The translations under genes were made by a program, and so were the position numbers. Shown piece by piece: positions 9,773 through 21,336 of a DNA stretch of 64,000 nucleotides. The notes beneath the pieces were generated by a model. The model was given only the letters and a program-made list of their open reading frames with translations. It was not told the DNA's origin and ran no database searches. Each line of letters starts with the position of its first letter. The stretch's first letter is position 1. The stretch lies in NCBI GenBank assembly GCA_963774265.1, contig CAVZDU010000002.1, positions 704,001-768,000 of the forward strand, written 5' to 3'. The DNA comes from an uncultured Chloroflexia bacterium (lineage in GTDB: Bacteria > Chloroflexota > Anaerolineae > CG2-30-64-16).

Positions 9773-10417
9773 TCAGCGGCGCGCGGCGGGCCCAGCCGTC
9801 GCTTGTGTTTGCGCTGCCTTCGGACCGGGTGGTCGCGACCGCAGGAGCGCCCAATACAGGACCATCTGTGCAGTCGAGCCGGCCAGAGTCGCAGCCACAG
9901 CCCAACCCCACGCCCACACTCCCCCCGTCAGCCCGACAAAGATAACTGCTGCGCCCGCGGATGCCCCGCCCAACACCGCCACTTGCAGTGCTAGCAGATA
10001 TCCCACGCTCCAAGGCTTATACCTGGCCGGCACGGTTGTCGATCTCCAGCGGAAGGCCGTATCTAGCTTCAGCCCAGGCAAGTTGGCCTGGTAATAAGCC
10101 TTGATGTCGTTCATGGCTCTGACGCTCTCAAACCACGCCTCGCGCAGGCGAACCAATTGAAGCAGGGTCAAGATGCTTGCCAGGAATAGCACCACAAACA
10201 AGGCGGCGAAAGCCCAATACACGTGTGGCACCATCAGGTTCTGCACCTGGGCGCCAAGCAGCGCGGCGATGAACCCAACGAGGGTGACCAGGTAGAAGTT
10301 CGTCACGCGCGCCCGGTCCTCGTTGGCCTGGAAGGCAGTCTGGGAGATGTACCCAAACTCGGCGGTCAGGATGTCGTTGGGGTCGAGCGAGCTCGTTTCG
10401 CCTTGTTCTTTGGGCAT
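9773..10417 (-). CDS. Hypothetical multi-pass membrane protein, last gene of the R-M operon
   Basis: About 4 hydrophobic segments; AAGGA RBS; overlaps the end of the M48 peptidase ORF. Confidence 0.75.
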   Translation of the reverse strand: MPKEQGETSSLDPNDILTAEFGYISQTAFQANEDRARVTNFYLVTLVGFIAALLGAQVQNLMVPHVYWAFAALFVVLFLASILTLLQLVRLREAWFESVRAMNDIKAYYQANLPGLKLDTAFRWRSTTVPARYKPWSVGYLLALQVAVLGGASAGAAVIFVGLTGGVWAWGWAVAATLAGSTAQMVLYWALLRSRPPGPKAAQTQATAGPAARR

Positions 10418-10947
10418 ACGCCGTCCTTTCGAGTGCGTCCGTAGTTATGTAAATCCCTTTCCCGGGTGTCCCAATCCGGCATATAGGCGGCCATGAAGCT
10501 CGCGAAGACCTTGCCGTGGTTGGGCGCGAGAAGGTGCACGAGTTCGTGGACGATGACAAACTCGCCCAGGCGCACCGGCATGGTGACCAATTCGCTGTTC
10601 AGGGTCAGCCGGCCCGCGGTGGACATGGAGGCCCACTTGGTCGTCATGGGACGAACAGACACCTGGCGCAGATGCACGCCGATTTTGGTGGCCCAATGCC
10701 GGGCCGCCCAGCGCAGGTCCTCGGCATCATACCATGTAGGGGCGGTCCCTCGCGGCCGCCCATCCTGGGCAGCAGGGGCGGTCCCTTGCGGCCGCCCATC
10801 CTGGGCAGTAGGGGCGGTCCCTTGCGGCCGCCCATCCTGGGCAGTAGGGGCGGTCCCTTGCGGCCGCCCATCCTGGGCAGTAGGGGCGGTCCCTTGCGGC
10901 CGCCCATCCTGGGCAGGTGCAAGACCTGCCCCTACAACATTGCTCAT
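10366..10947 (-). CDS. M48/YgjP-like (DUF45) metallopeptidase associated with type I R-M, with repeat-derived N-terminus
   Basis: [27 protein letters not shown] (HExxH); ATG overlaps the hsdR stop (ATGA). Confidence 0.85.
   Translation of the reverse strand: MSNVVGAGLAPAQDGRPQGTAPTAQDGRPQGTAPTAQDGRPQGTAPTAQDGRPQGTAPAAQDGRPRGTAPTWYDAEDLRWAARHWATKIGVHLRQVSVRPMTTKWASMSTAGRLTLNSELVTMPVRLGEFVIVHELVHLLAPNHGKVFASFMAAYMPDWDTRERDLHNYGRTRKDGVCPKNKAKRARSTPTTS
10736..10935. repeat. Five 36-bp tandem GTAG-type REP-like repeats plus one inverted REP, in frame within the M48 gene
   Basis: Unit GTAGGGGCGGTCCCTTGCGGCCGCCCATCCTGGGCA at 10736, 10772, 10808, 10844 and 10880, then GGGCAGGTGCAAGACCTGCCCCTAC (10911-10935). 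Confidence 0.9.
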
Positions 10948-13851
10948 GCCCGCTCCAGCCTCAGCAGCGCGTTGGCCGCGGCGACCATCTTCGCTCCGCC
11001 CACGATAGGGATGAGCGCCTTGTATAGCTCGGCGCGGAGCGCGCCTTCCTGCTGGGTGTTCCAGCGGTAGTCCGGGAAGCGGCTGAAGAGGGCGTTGATG
11101 CCTTGGGCCTGGCCGGGTGCAACATCAGGCGCGACGGTCGCCAGCTCAGTGTAGATGGCGAAGGCGTTCTCGTCCAGGTCCAGGGTCCGGCGCTTGTCCT
11201 CCGCGGCGACGGTTTCCTGCACCAGCGCCTCGAAGCGTTTGAGCGCCTCCCGCGTGTCAATCTGGCGGTCCTCGTAGGCCTGGGCGACCGCCTGGGCGCG
11301 TTCACCGATGGAGAGAAGGTAGGGCTTGGCCCCGCCTTCGTCTTCGACCAGGCCGGCGAGCAGCTTGCGCAGATTGAGCACCTTCACCGTATCGGCCGCG
11401 CTGCTCTCCCGCAGGGCCGCGAGCTGCTGCTGGCCGATTTCGTAGACCACGGTGGGCGGCTCCAGCATCGCCGCTCTCCGTGTGCTGCTGGAGCAGTTCT
11501 TTCGTCTTGCCGGGTGAACTCCCGGTCCACGTAGACCCGGTCGCTGTACGCCTGGCGAACCCACGCATAGAGGACGGCCAGGCTGTTGTAGTCTTCGATG
11601 AACGGACGCAGGAAGGCGTCCGGGCTGAGGATGTCGTAGAGGCTCTGCAGTCTGCCGGAAGAACGTGAAGAACGCCTCGCGCTGCTCCTTGTCCTGCATG
11701 GCGACGACCGCACGCTCCTTGGCCTTGTCGTCCATGCCCCGCGTCAGCGGCAGGTAAGCCGCGGCCTGCTCGCGCATCATGGTCCTGAACAACTCGCGCA
11801 GCACGTCGAGGTTGCGGATGACCGAGGCCACCACGTCGGAGTCGAAGGCCAGCGCCTTCTCCAGCTTCTCGAAGATGCCCACGAAGTCGAGCACGAAGCC
11901 GTAGGGCTTGGCCTGGCCGTCATCGTCCTCGTAGGGCCGGTTGACGCGGGCGATGGCCTGAAGCAGCACGTGGTCGCGCATCGGCTTGTCCAGGTACATG
12001 CAGTAGAGGATGGGCGCGTCGAAGCCGGTGAGCAGCTTCTCGGTGACGATGAGGATCTTCGGCAGCGCCTCCTTGCGGGGAAGTCCTTGCGGACCTGCTT
12101 CTCCTGGTCCTCGGTGAGGTAGTAGCGCTTTGAGTGCCTCGATGTCGTTGGTGCCGGGCGAGTAGACGACGGTCGAGTAGCCAGGGGCAGGTAGCGGTCG
12201 AGCGCCTCCTTGTACAGGCGCACGCCTCGCGGTCCACGGCCACCAGGAACGCCTTGAAGCCCATCGGCTCGACGTTCGTGCGGAAGTGCTCGGCCACGAA
12301 GCGCGGCAATCCGGTCCACCCGCGCCGGGGCCTTCATCATCTCCTTGAGCTGCACCGCCCGCGTCGAGGACCGCGTTCAGCTCGTCCAGGTCGCTGACCC
12401 CCTCGGCCTCGCGCAGGTCGAGGAACTCCCGGTCCAGCGTCTCGCGGTCCACGCGCAGGTCGGTCGGCGCCAGCGCGTAGTGGAGCGGCACGGTCGTGCC
12501 GTCCGCGATGGACTCGGCGATGGAGTACTTGTCCAGGTAGCCCTGCGGGTCGTCGACGCCGAAGACCTTGAAGGTGCCCTTGCCGCTGGCGAGCCGGTCG
12601 ATGGGCGTGCCGGTGAAGCCGATGTAGGTGGCGTTGGGCAGCGCCGCCATGAGGTAGTTGCCCAGGTCGCCGCCGGTGGTGCGGTGCGCCTCGTCCACCA
12701 GCACGACGACGTTCGCCCGCGGACAGAGGTCCGCGTCGGCATGCCGTCGAACTTGTGGATCATCGAGACGATCAGGCCGCGGTAGTCGGCGCGCAGGATG
12801 CGGCGCAGGTCCTCCTTGCTCTGGGCCACCTCGACCGTGGCGAGGCCGTAGGCGGCGATGTTGCGGAAGAGCTGCGCCTCCAGTTCGTTGCGGTCCACCA
12901 GCATGAGCACGGTGGGCTTCTCACCGCCGCGCACGTCGCGCAGCAGCCTGGCCGCGACGGTGATCATGGTCAGCGTCTTGCCGCTGCCCTGGGTGTGCCA
13001 GATCAGGCCCCGGCGCTTGGTCGGCATCGTAGACCCGCTCGATGACCTTCTCGACGGCGCGCGTCTGGTGCTGGCGCAGGATGACCTTCGTGAGCTCGTC
13101 GTCTTTGGTCAGGAAGATGATGTAGTCGCGCAGGACCTTGAGGAAACGGCGCTGGTCGAAGAAGGATTTGACCGCGGCCTCGTGGCTCCAATCACCCTGA
13201 GCGGAGCGCAGTGCAGCCGAAGGGTCTTCTTTCCAGTTGAACAGGTTCTTGCGGCTGGTGCTCCACGTCGCGCCGTAGTAGAAGTCGAGCAGCTCGGTCA
13301 CCTCGAACACCTGCGGCGCGATGAGCATCTCCGGGGTCTCGCGGTGGTAGCGGCGGACCTGGTCGATGCCGATGGCGAGGCCGTCGCGGCTTGCCCGCGT
13401 TCTTGGTCTCGCAGAGCGCGACCGGGATGCCGTTGATGAGAAAGACCACGTCGGCCCGGTTCGCGCAGCGCGGGTTGCGCTGCGTCCACTCGTCGGTGAC
13501 GTGGAAGACGTTGTTGGCCGGGTTCTCGAAGTCGACCAGGCGGACGTTGCGCTCCCGGCGCTCCGCGGGCACGAAGACCGACTGCTCGCCGCGCAGCCAG
13601 GCCAGCAGCGTCACGGTTGCCGGTGATGTCCGCGCGCAAGCAGGCTAAGCTGCCGGATGATGGCAGCGGCGCGAGCCTCGTCCACGATGCCGGGGTTGAG
13701 ATACAGCAGCCGCTCGAGCAGGATTTCGGTGAAGAACAGGCCGCTCTCGCCCCCGCGCACGCGCGAGCGCCTCCGCTTCGGAGACGCGCTGCCAGCCAAT
13801 CTCGGCGGCGTAGCGGAGCATAGGGTTTTGGACCGCCGAACGTTCACTCAC
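10944..13851 (-). CDS. hsdR: Type I restriction enzyme R subunit, split by multiple frameshifts
   Basis: [19 protein letters not shown] nuclease motif, [10 protein letters not shown] Walker [32 protein letters not shown] spread across consecutive ORFs. Confidence 0.93.
13195..13224. repeat. 30-bp REP-like palindrome in frame within hsdR
   Basis: CCCTGAGCGGAGCGCAGTGCAGCCGAAGGG resembles CCCTGAGC..GTCGAAGGG-type REPs; encodes [10 protein letters not shown]. Confidence 0.5.
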
Positions 13852-13909
13852 GGCACCCTCACTTCTTTGGCGTCTCTCAAGCCCGGCTTGAGTTCATCTA
13901 CGCCAAACC

Positions 13910-14880
13910 TAAACGCTTGATGCATATGTAGCCGTTGCCGCACGAAAACGCACTGCTGCGATGAGAGGCTGGCTACACTTAACCTTTTGACAATTCTTAG
14001 TAAATCAGGGTATCCTGTTGCTACGACGTCCCTTCCGCTAAACTCCAAGGAGGAACCGATGAAACCTGCCGTTGTCCTACCGCTCGCGCTAACGTTGTTC
14101 TTGTTGTTCGCCATGCCGGTGTTTGCCACGCCCCCCGTCGTCTATGAGGGCCCCTATGACGAGACCTACCCGTCATTCTTGCAGCCCTGTCCTGGCTTCG
14201 AGATATGGGACCATGAAGTGCTCACCTGGCGCGAGACGGACTACTTTGACAAACAGGGAAATCTCGAGAGAGTCCATGTTCACTACAGCGGGACCGACAC
14301 CTTCTTTCTCCCGGACAATCCCGACGTTACGCTGACGGGCAAGTTCGTCGCGAACTATGAGTTCGATCTGCAGACCCTGATTAACATCGACTACCGTGGA
14401 CTACCGGTGCACATCACCATTCCCGGGTACGGGAACGTGCTAATGCTGGCAGGGAGATGGTCCAGCTTTCCCTACGGCCACCATGCCGGCCTGGACACCC
14501 TCGACAACCCAGATGATGTACACGCTTTCTGCTCGTATCTCGGCGCCGTGGACTGACACAGGTTTCCGGATTATTGGCTTGATCGCGCGTCTACCTCACT
14601 TCCCTCGGCGCAGGCCGTCCGCGTGAGGCAGACGCGCGCCTCTCGTTCTCTTTCACCTTCGGCCAACAGCGAGTGCGACACGGGTTGACTGTTGCCAGCA
14701 AGTTCGGAGAGCCGGTTCCCGGTGCCCACGGCGCCGGCGGGCTTGCTTGCACGCGTCGCAGCATCGAGCGCTGCCGACAATGTTGGCATTCTGCCTAACG
14801 GCAGTTCAACCGCCCAATCCTTGGCTTGGCCACGCTCGTCGTATAAGCCAACGGACATCTCCATATGCATCAAGCGTCTA
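13910..14880. repeat. 19-bp inverted repeats (18/19 identical) bounding a ~0.97-kb opposite-strand insert
   Basis: TAAACGCTTGATGCATATG (13910-13928) versus CATATGCATCAAGCGTCTA (14862-14880). Confidence 0.8.
14059..14556 (+). CDS. Secreted hypothetical protein
   Basis: AAGGAGG RBS, signal peptide MKPAVVLPLALTLFLLFAMPVFA; upstream TTGACA-18 nt-TATCCT (13987-14016). Confidence 0.8.
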   Translation: MKPAVVLPLALTLFLLFAMPVFATPPVVYEGPYDETYPSFLQPCPGFEIWDHEVLTWRETDYFDKQGNLERVHVHYSGTDTFFLPDNPDVTLTGKFVANYEFDLQTLINIDYRGLPVHITIPGYGNVLMLAGRWSSFPYGHHAGLDTLDNPDDVHAFCSYLGAVD

Positions 14881-16317
14881 ACTTACCCACTTCCTGTATT
14901 GACTCAAACACCAGACGGTTTGAGGAGTAAAACTCCACAATCGTCTCCCTGTTAGCCACTCAAGGTCGTTCTTTATGCTCTCTTCGCCTGCGGAAACGCC
15001 TGCATAGAATGCCGCCTCCAGGAGATACACTATGTTCTCGACCAGAGGATTCACGCCCTGAGGTTCTACTCCAATCGTCATGGCAAAGTCATCGGTTGAT
15101 GAACGAGACGCTCTGGCCTCCAGCAGCCATCTTCGTGCCCGTGCAATCGAGTCGTCGGTATGCTTTAGTCCCAAGACAGAAAGCGCCATGAGCGCATCAC
15201 GGGTTTTTCCAATCGTGCTAAAAACTGAAGAAGCATCTGCACCCCAGCCACCATCATGTCGTTGGTTGTCAATGAGCCATTGCCTGGCGCGTTGTGCCCA
15301 GCCATCAGAAGCGGACAAGCCAACGCTTACAAGGGCTCTGACTGCCCAGGCGGTTGCCGCCGTCGCGGGTTCTGCTCCGCCCACGACGTATGCCCATCCT
15401 CCATGAGATTGCTGTGCGTCGAGTAGATAAGTGGTTGACCGTTGCACTTCCCAAGGCTGTTCTTCGTAACCGCTTTGAGATAGTGCACATAGAGCAATCG
15501 CGGTATCCACTGCGTTCGAGGCGTCAGGGTTATGTTCCCAGGGCGACTTCCAGCCACCCAATCTATTTCTGGTTGCCATCAGCCAATGCTGTCCACGGTG
15601 CAACTGAGCGGTCATCTCTTCCGCCTCACTCGCAACCAGGGCAAGAATCGAATAGGCAGTGTCGTAGCAGGTGCTGCTCCCGACTTCAAAGTAGGACCAT
15701 CCACCCGTCGTCCGATTCTCCATATCGCGGATGAATTGCACTCCCTTGTCGATGGCTTCCTCGATGCGATTCCTCAGGCCTACACGAGTCACCGTACTGC
15801 GCTGCTCCAGCCTCATAACTGCCTCAGGGATATCGGTCGCTAGCTGGGTTGCCAGGTGATCGGCGCTATGAAAATGACCCACTACATGGCCCTTCGTGAG
15901 ATCGCGCAGTTCTTTTTTTAGATCACTCAGCTTAAGTGCCCTGACATCCACATCTACGTCTTTTGGGTTGATCTGAGCCCGATCTTCATCAATCAGGTAA
16001 ATCAGACATGGAATAGCGCTCTTTCTCGCCTCACGGTACTCAAGCTCGGTGATCGACTTTCCTGTGTTATCATCCATATGGCCGTAACGCATACCAAAGA
16101 TACCGACATAAACATCCGATTGTCGTACCTTTTCTAGACAGTGGTCCTTCGGCGAACTATCATCTGCACCAAAGGCCTCCATACCAACCCAATCTATGTT
16201 GAACCCCTCCTTGAGCCTATTCAAGGCTGCAATACAGTGCTCGCGATGCGATCTTAGGTCCTGATAGGTCGAGCTTACGAAAATCTTGATCTTCAGTGTG
16301 TTACGAGGACTTACCAT
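14878..16317 (-). CDS. DUF4062 (TIR-like) domain fused to prenyltransferase/squalene-cyclase-type repeats
   Basis: KIFVSSTYQDL..GMEAF..SDVYVGIFGMRYG..SITELEYREA; C-terminal repeats WLMATRNRLGGW, YLLDAQQSHGGW, WLIDNQRHDGGWG. Confidence 0.85.
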   Translation of the reverse strand: MVSPRNTLKIKIFVSSTYQDLRSHREHCIAALNRLKEGFNIDWVGMEAFGADDSSPKDHCLEKVRQSDVYVGIFGMRYGHMDDNTGKSITELEYREARKSAIPCLIYLIDEDRAQINPKDVDVDVRALKLSDLKKELRDLTKGHVVGHFHSADHLATQLATDIPEAVMRLEQRSTVTRVGLRNRIEEAIDKGVQFIRDMENRTTGGWSYFEVGSSTCYDTAYSILALVASEAEEMTAQLHRGQHWLMATRNRLGGWKSPWEHNPDASNAVDTAIALCALSQSGYEEQPWEVQRSTTYLLDAQQSHGGWAYVVGGAEPATAATAWAVRALVSVGLSASDGWAQRARQWLIDNQRHDGGWGADASSVFSTIGKTRDALMALSVLGLKHTDDSIARARRWLLEARASRSSTDDFAMTIGVEPQGVNPLVENIVYLLEAAFYAGVSAGEESIKNDLEWLTGRRLWSFTPQTVWCLSQYRKWVS

Positions 16318-16374
16318 AATCCCTCCTCGCTGCGACTATCCGCAAAAAGTTGTGGTCCGCGTTCGCTCATGTGA

Positions 16375-17529
16375 CTACCTCTCCGCCAACTGTTTCGCCT
16401 TCGCCTCAGCGGGTGCAATTACCTTCGCAGGAAGCGCTTCAAGCAGGTCGTCGAGTTGATTGTATCTATGCAGTTCGAGCACCCAGGGATATCTTTTGAT
16501 GTGGTCGAACATGCCCCAGGGTTCGCATCCGGTCTGCAATAGCGGCTGGACTGGCAGGGATGGCAGTTGCTCCACGACGGACACCAACTCCTGAGGGATG
16601 CTCTTGGGGTCGGTGATATCGGCAATGACAAACCGGGCTAGCCGTGCCAGGGTCGTGATGGTTTCTTGAGTGTCTCTGGATGCGGGTTTATCGAAGTCGA
16701 ACAGGACCGGCAAGTAGTTGGATTTGCGGAGGGCATCGCGCATAGCGTCCAGCACGGCCTTTCGTTCTGGCGTGAAGCGCCCCAGGATGAGAACGACCTT
16801 CGACGTGATGGTGTCGATGACGTTGCGAATCTTCTCGTTGTTCAGGAGCAGATAGATGAACTGGGCGACCTCAAGATTGTCTACCGTGATGGTCGGTTCG
16901 TCGTCAGGTGTAATGATGAGGTTGGCCTGTCTCGCCCTCTTTAGGTTCACCCCCCAGACTGAAGCACCGTACAAGCGACATGCTCTGAGGTCGGCACCCT
17001 CAAGATTCGTCTCTACCAAGTGAACCCCCTCAAGGTCCGCCCCGTAGAGCCTTGCCCCACTCAAATCTGCTGCAGTCAGATCTGCCCAACTTAGCATGGC
17101 TCCGCCAAGGTCTGCACCTCTGAGCTTTGCTCCATAGAGTGTCGCCTCACTGAGATCGGCACACCGGAGATCAGCGCCGCGGAGTCTCGCCCTGGATAGG
17201 TCAACTCTGTATAGGGTCGCGTGGGATAGGTCGGCTCTAGTTAGGTCGGCCTCGAAAAGATCCGCTTCTGACAGATTCGCCTTGCATAACGTTGCAAGAC
17301 GCAGCTTGGACCGCCCTAGAAACGTCCTGATGCAGATTGCTCGAGATAGATTAGCGTGGGAGAGGTGCGCGAACATAAGGTCCGTCCGGGTGAAGTCTAC
17401 TTCGCTCAGGTCTACTCCCTGCAGGTCCGCTCTGGTAAGATCAGCCAAAGGATGGGAAGATTCTCTTCGCCATTTATTCCAAACCTCAACCCCCTGTCGC
17501 AGAATGGCTAGATGTTCCTCATTCGCCAT
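16375..17529 (-). CDS. Pentapeptide-repeat protein with C-terminal TIR/NDT-like alpha/beta domain
   Basis: MANEEHLAILRQGVEVWNKWR, long A(D/N)Lxx array, then KVVLILGRF..FDFDKP..FVIADITDPKSIPQEL; start overlaps the end of hsdS. Confidence 0.85.
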   Translation of the reverse strand: MANEEHLAILRQGVEVWNKWRRESSHPLADLTRADLQGVDLSEVDFTRTDLMFAHLSHANLSRAICIRTFLGRSKLRLATLCKANLSEADLFEADLTRADLSHATLYRVDLSRARLRGADLRCADLSEATLYGAKLRGADLGGAMLSWADLTAADLSGARLYGADLEGVHLVETNLEGADLRACRLYGASVWGVNLKRARQANLIITPDDEPTITVDNLEVAQFIYLLLNNEKIRNVIDTITSKVVLILGRFTPERKAVLDAMRDALRKSNYLPVLFDFDKPASRDTQETITTLARLARFVIADITDPKSIPQELVSVVEQLPSLPVQPLLQTGCEPWGMFDHIKRYPWVLELHRYNQLDDLLEALPAKVIAPAEAKAKQLAER

Positions 17530-18774
17530 CCCCCACCTCCATCCCAGCCACGGACAGCCACCCCGTCATCAACTCCTCCAGCAAGCCGCGGAACAGCTCG
17601 TCCAGCAGCGCGCTCTCCCTTTCCAACGCGGCGATTTTGGCGTCGCAGGCGCGCAGAGTAGCCGCGATTCTCTCTTGTTCGAGTTTGTCAGGAAGAAGCA
17701 CAGGTAGAGTCGAGGCAATACTTGCGTTGATGGTTGAGTTCACTGATGATTGTTGGCGAGACTGAAGGAAGAACCCCGTGGCCCTCAAGTAGTGTAGATA
17801 GTAAAGCAGATATGAGTTGATGACGGAGTCGCCAACGCGGAACCTCAGGATGAACGATGAGAAGGTGAACTCTCCCTCCAAGTCGAAGAGCGCAGTTTTG
17901 CCAACATGCCGTTGACTCCCACTGCGCCAATTGAAAAGCAAGTCACCTCTATGCAGGATGAGCCTGTCTCGCTTGTTGTCCGGCACTTCATAGTAGCGCA
18001 GTGTGGACAAATCCAACGAACCCTCATCCGTGATGTTGATATTTGTGAAAATCGGAGTGCCTTTTGATTCGTCAAGAAGGTGCGCTACGGCAGCCTGTAC
18101 TCCGTAAATGATATCGACGACCTCACTCAGCTCAGCTATCTTCCAGCCTGAAGGGACAACACCAATTGCCGTCTGCTTCGTCGGCTCGCCACGCGTGCCG
18201 TGAGTGAACAGGTGCGCCATGAGCGCAGCTTTGCGCTCTCGCTCCAGGCCGACCTCGCGCTGCCGGGCTTCCCTGGCCGCCTGGACAGCGCGCAGGATGC
18301 GGGCAATGTCACGTTGTTCGGAAAGGAAGGGCAGACGCAGCGAGAAATTGGACAGCGCCTGCCACGAAGTTCGAGGATGATTCACCCCATTGGTGTTCGA
18401 TACAGCGTGGTCGCGAAGTGCCTGCGTGTGCAACAGCAGGGCTAGGAAGTCGGCCAGAGCGTGCTCTGTCGCCCGGAGAACCAGAATGTCAGTTGAACAC
18501 ATTCCGGGGTTCTGTGCTAGTGCGGCTTTGTCGAGATAAGGACGGAGTTTTCCGTAGAGCACATCGCCGGAGTAGAAACAATTCTTGGTGCTCGTCACCT
18601 CTTCGGCCTTTCCGTAACGCCTCAGAACGGTGTCGCCGGGGTCGATGTGCTCCAGGCCCACATACGGCAGATAGGGCGCGTCTTCTGGCTGAACCGTCTC
18701 CTGCCGTAGTTGGGCAATTTGGCCCAGGCTAACCGTCTTCCATCCTTGAATGGGCGTTGGTTCCGGCATAGTGC

Positions 18775-18778
<4 letters not shown>
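17519..18778 (-). CDS. hsdS: Type I R-M specificity subunit
   Basis: Two TRDs (GDVLYGKLRPYLDK; GDLLFNWRSGS..VGK), PFLSEQRDIARIL and EQERIAATL conserved helices, KAALMAHLFT. Confidence 0.95.
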
Positions 18779-20426
<1,648 letters not shown>

Positions 20427-20473
20427 GCGCTGACACCATCTTTCTTGGGATGGACCTTCCTGGAATCATCCGA

Positions 20474-20501
20474 AGTATAAGCGATGTGGTGGTTGTGTCA
20501 A
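20474..20501 (-). promoter_or_regulatory. Promoter of the R-M operon
   Basis: Minus strand TTGACA-16 nt-TATACT upstream of hsdM. Confidence 0.6.
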
Positions 20502-20689
20502 TCCAACGGATCAAACGGCCGGGGCGAAGTCATGTTGCGGCTGAGGCGGCAAGTAGCAGCGCGTGTGGCAATTCGACATCCACACGTGGGCCGGGCAAGG
20601 ATCCATCGGTTAGAATCTCAGTGACAGCAATCACAAGGAAGTTCGTCTCTGGTCAGTCTCGTGCACCATGAGAGCGCCTATGTCCTGGG

Positions 20690-20975
20690 CCAAGCGGCCA
20701 AGGTGGGCACTATCTGATGATCATCAAAAAGAATCAGCCGACGCTCTACTGGGCCGCCCAGTTGGTCTTCGATGAACCACCGCTGCCACGCCAGCCGGGT
20801 GAGCGCGCGTCCAACCGTACGACCGACAAGGCGCATGGGCGCTGGGAGCGGCGGACACTGGTCACGACCACGACCCTGAATGAATATCTCACTTGGCCAG
20901 GCGTAGCACAAGTGCTGCGGCGCGCTTGCCGCCGCATTCACGAGCGCACCGGCAAATACGAAACCGAGGTCACTC
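20690..20975 (+). pseudogene. ISAs1-family transposase fragment
   Basis: GGHYLMIIKKNQPTLY..TDKAHGRWERR..WPG motif set; truncated at both ends. Confidence 0.75.
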
Positions 20976-20985
20976 AGTTGTTCAA

Positions 20986-21150
20986 CTGGTGATCATGCGC
21001 AAGATTAGCGGCGGCACTCGCAGCGAGGAAGGCACCAAAACGCGTCTGACCCTGGCCAGCTTGCTCCATACCTGGGCCGCCCGCAGCCTCAACCCGTTTC
21101 TGGAGTGCTATGCGGCCCTCCGGCAACCGACCGCCACCGCTCCCCCATAA
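20986..21150 (+). pseudogene. IS66-family transposase C-terminal fragment
   Basis: VIMRKISGGTRSEEG..LASLLHTWAARSLNP. Confidence 0.7.
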
Positions 21151-21271
21151 ACTTCCTTACCCGAACGGTGAACACTTATGCGCCGTGAGTACGTTGACAT
21201 CTACAGCGCCGCCCATGCCGAAGGAATGTTGGGGGCAGGCGATGACCGGCCACGATCGCCGCAACACGCGG

Positions 21272-21300
21272 TTGACGTTATCGTAGTTATGGTGTAAAAT
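21272..21300 (+). promoter_or_regulatory. Promoter of the TA pair
   Basis: TTGACG-17 nt-TAAAAT. Confidence 0.6.
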
Positions 21301-21336
21301 ATGAATAATACGTATTTTACACCAGGAGGTAACGAC

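Noticed and set aside
10736-10915. CRISPR array (36-bp repeats)
   Set aside because: Units are contiguous with no unique spacers, lie in frame in a gene, and there are no cas genes in the window.
14878-15800. Active squalene-hopene cyclase
   Set aside because: Too short, no DxDD motif seen, fused to DUF4062, and no terpene genes nearby.
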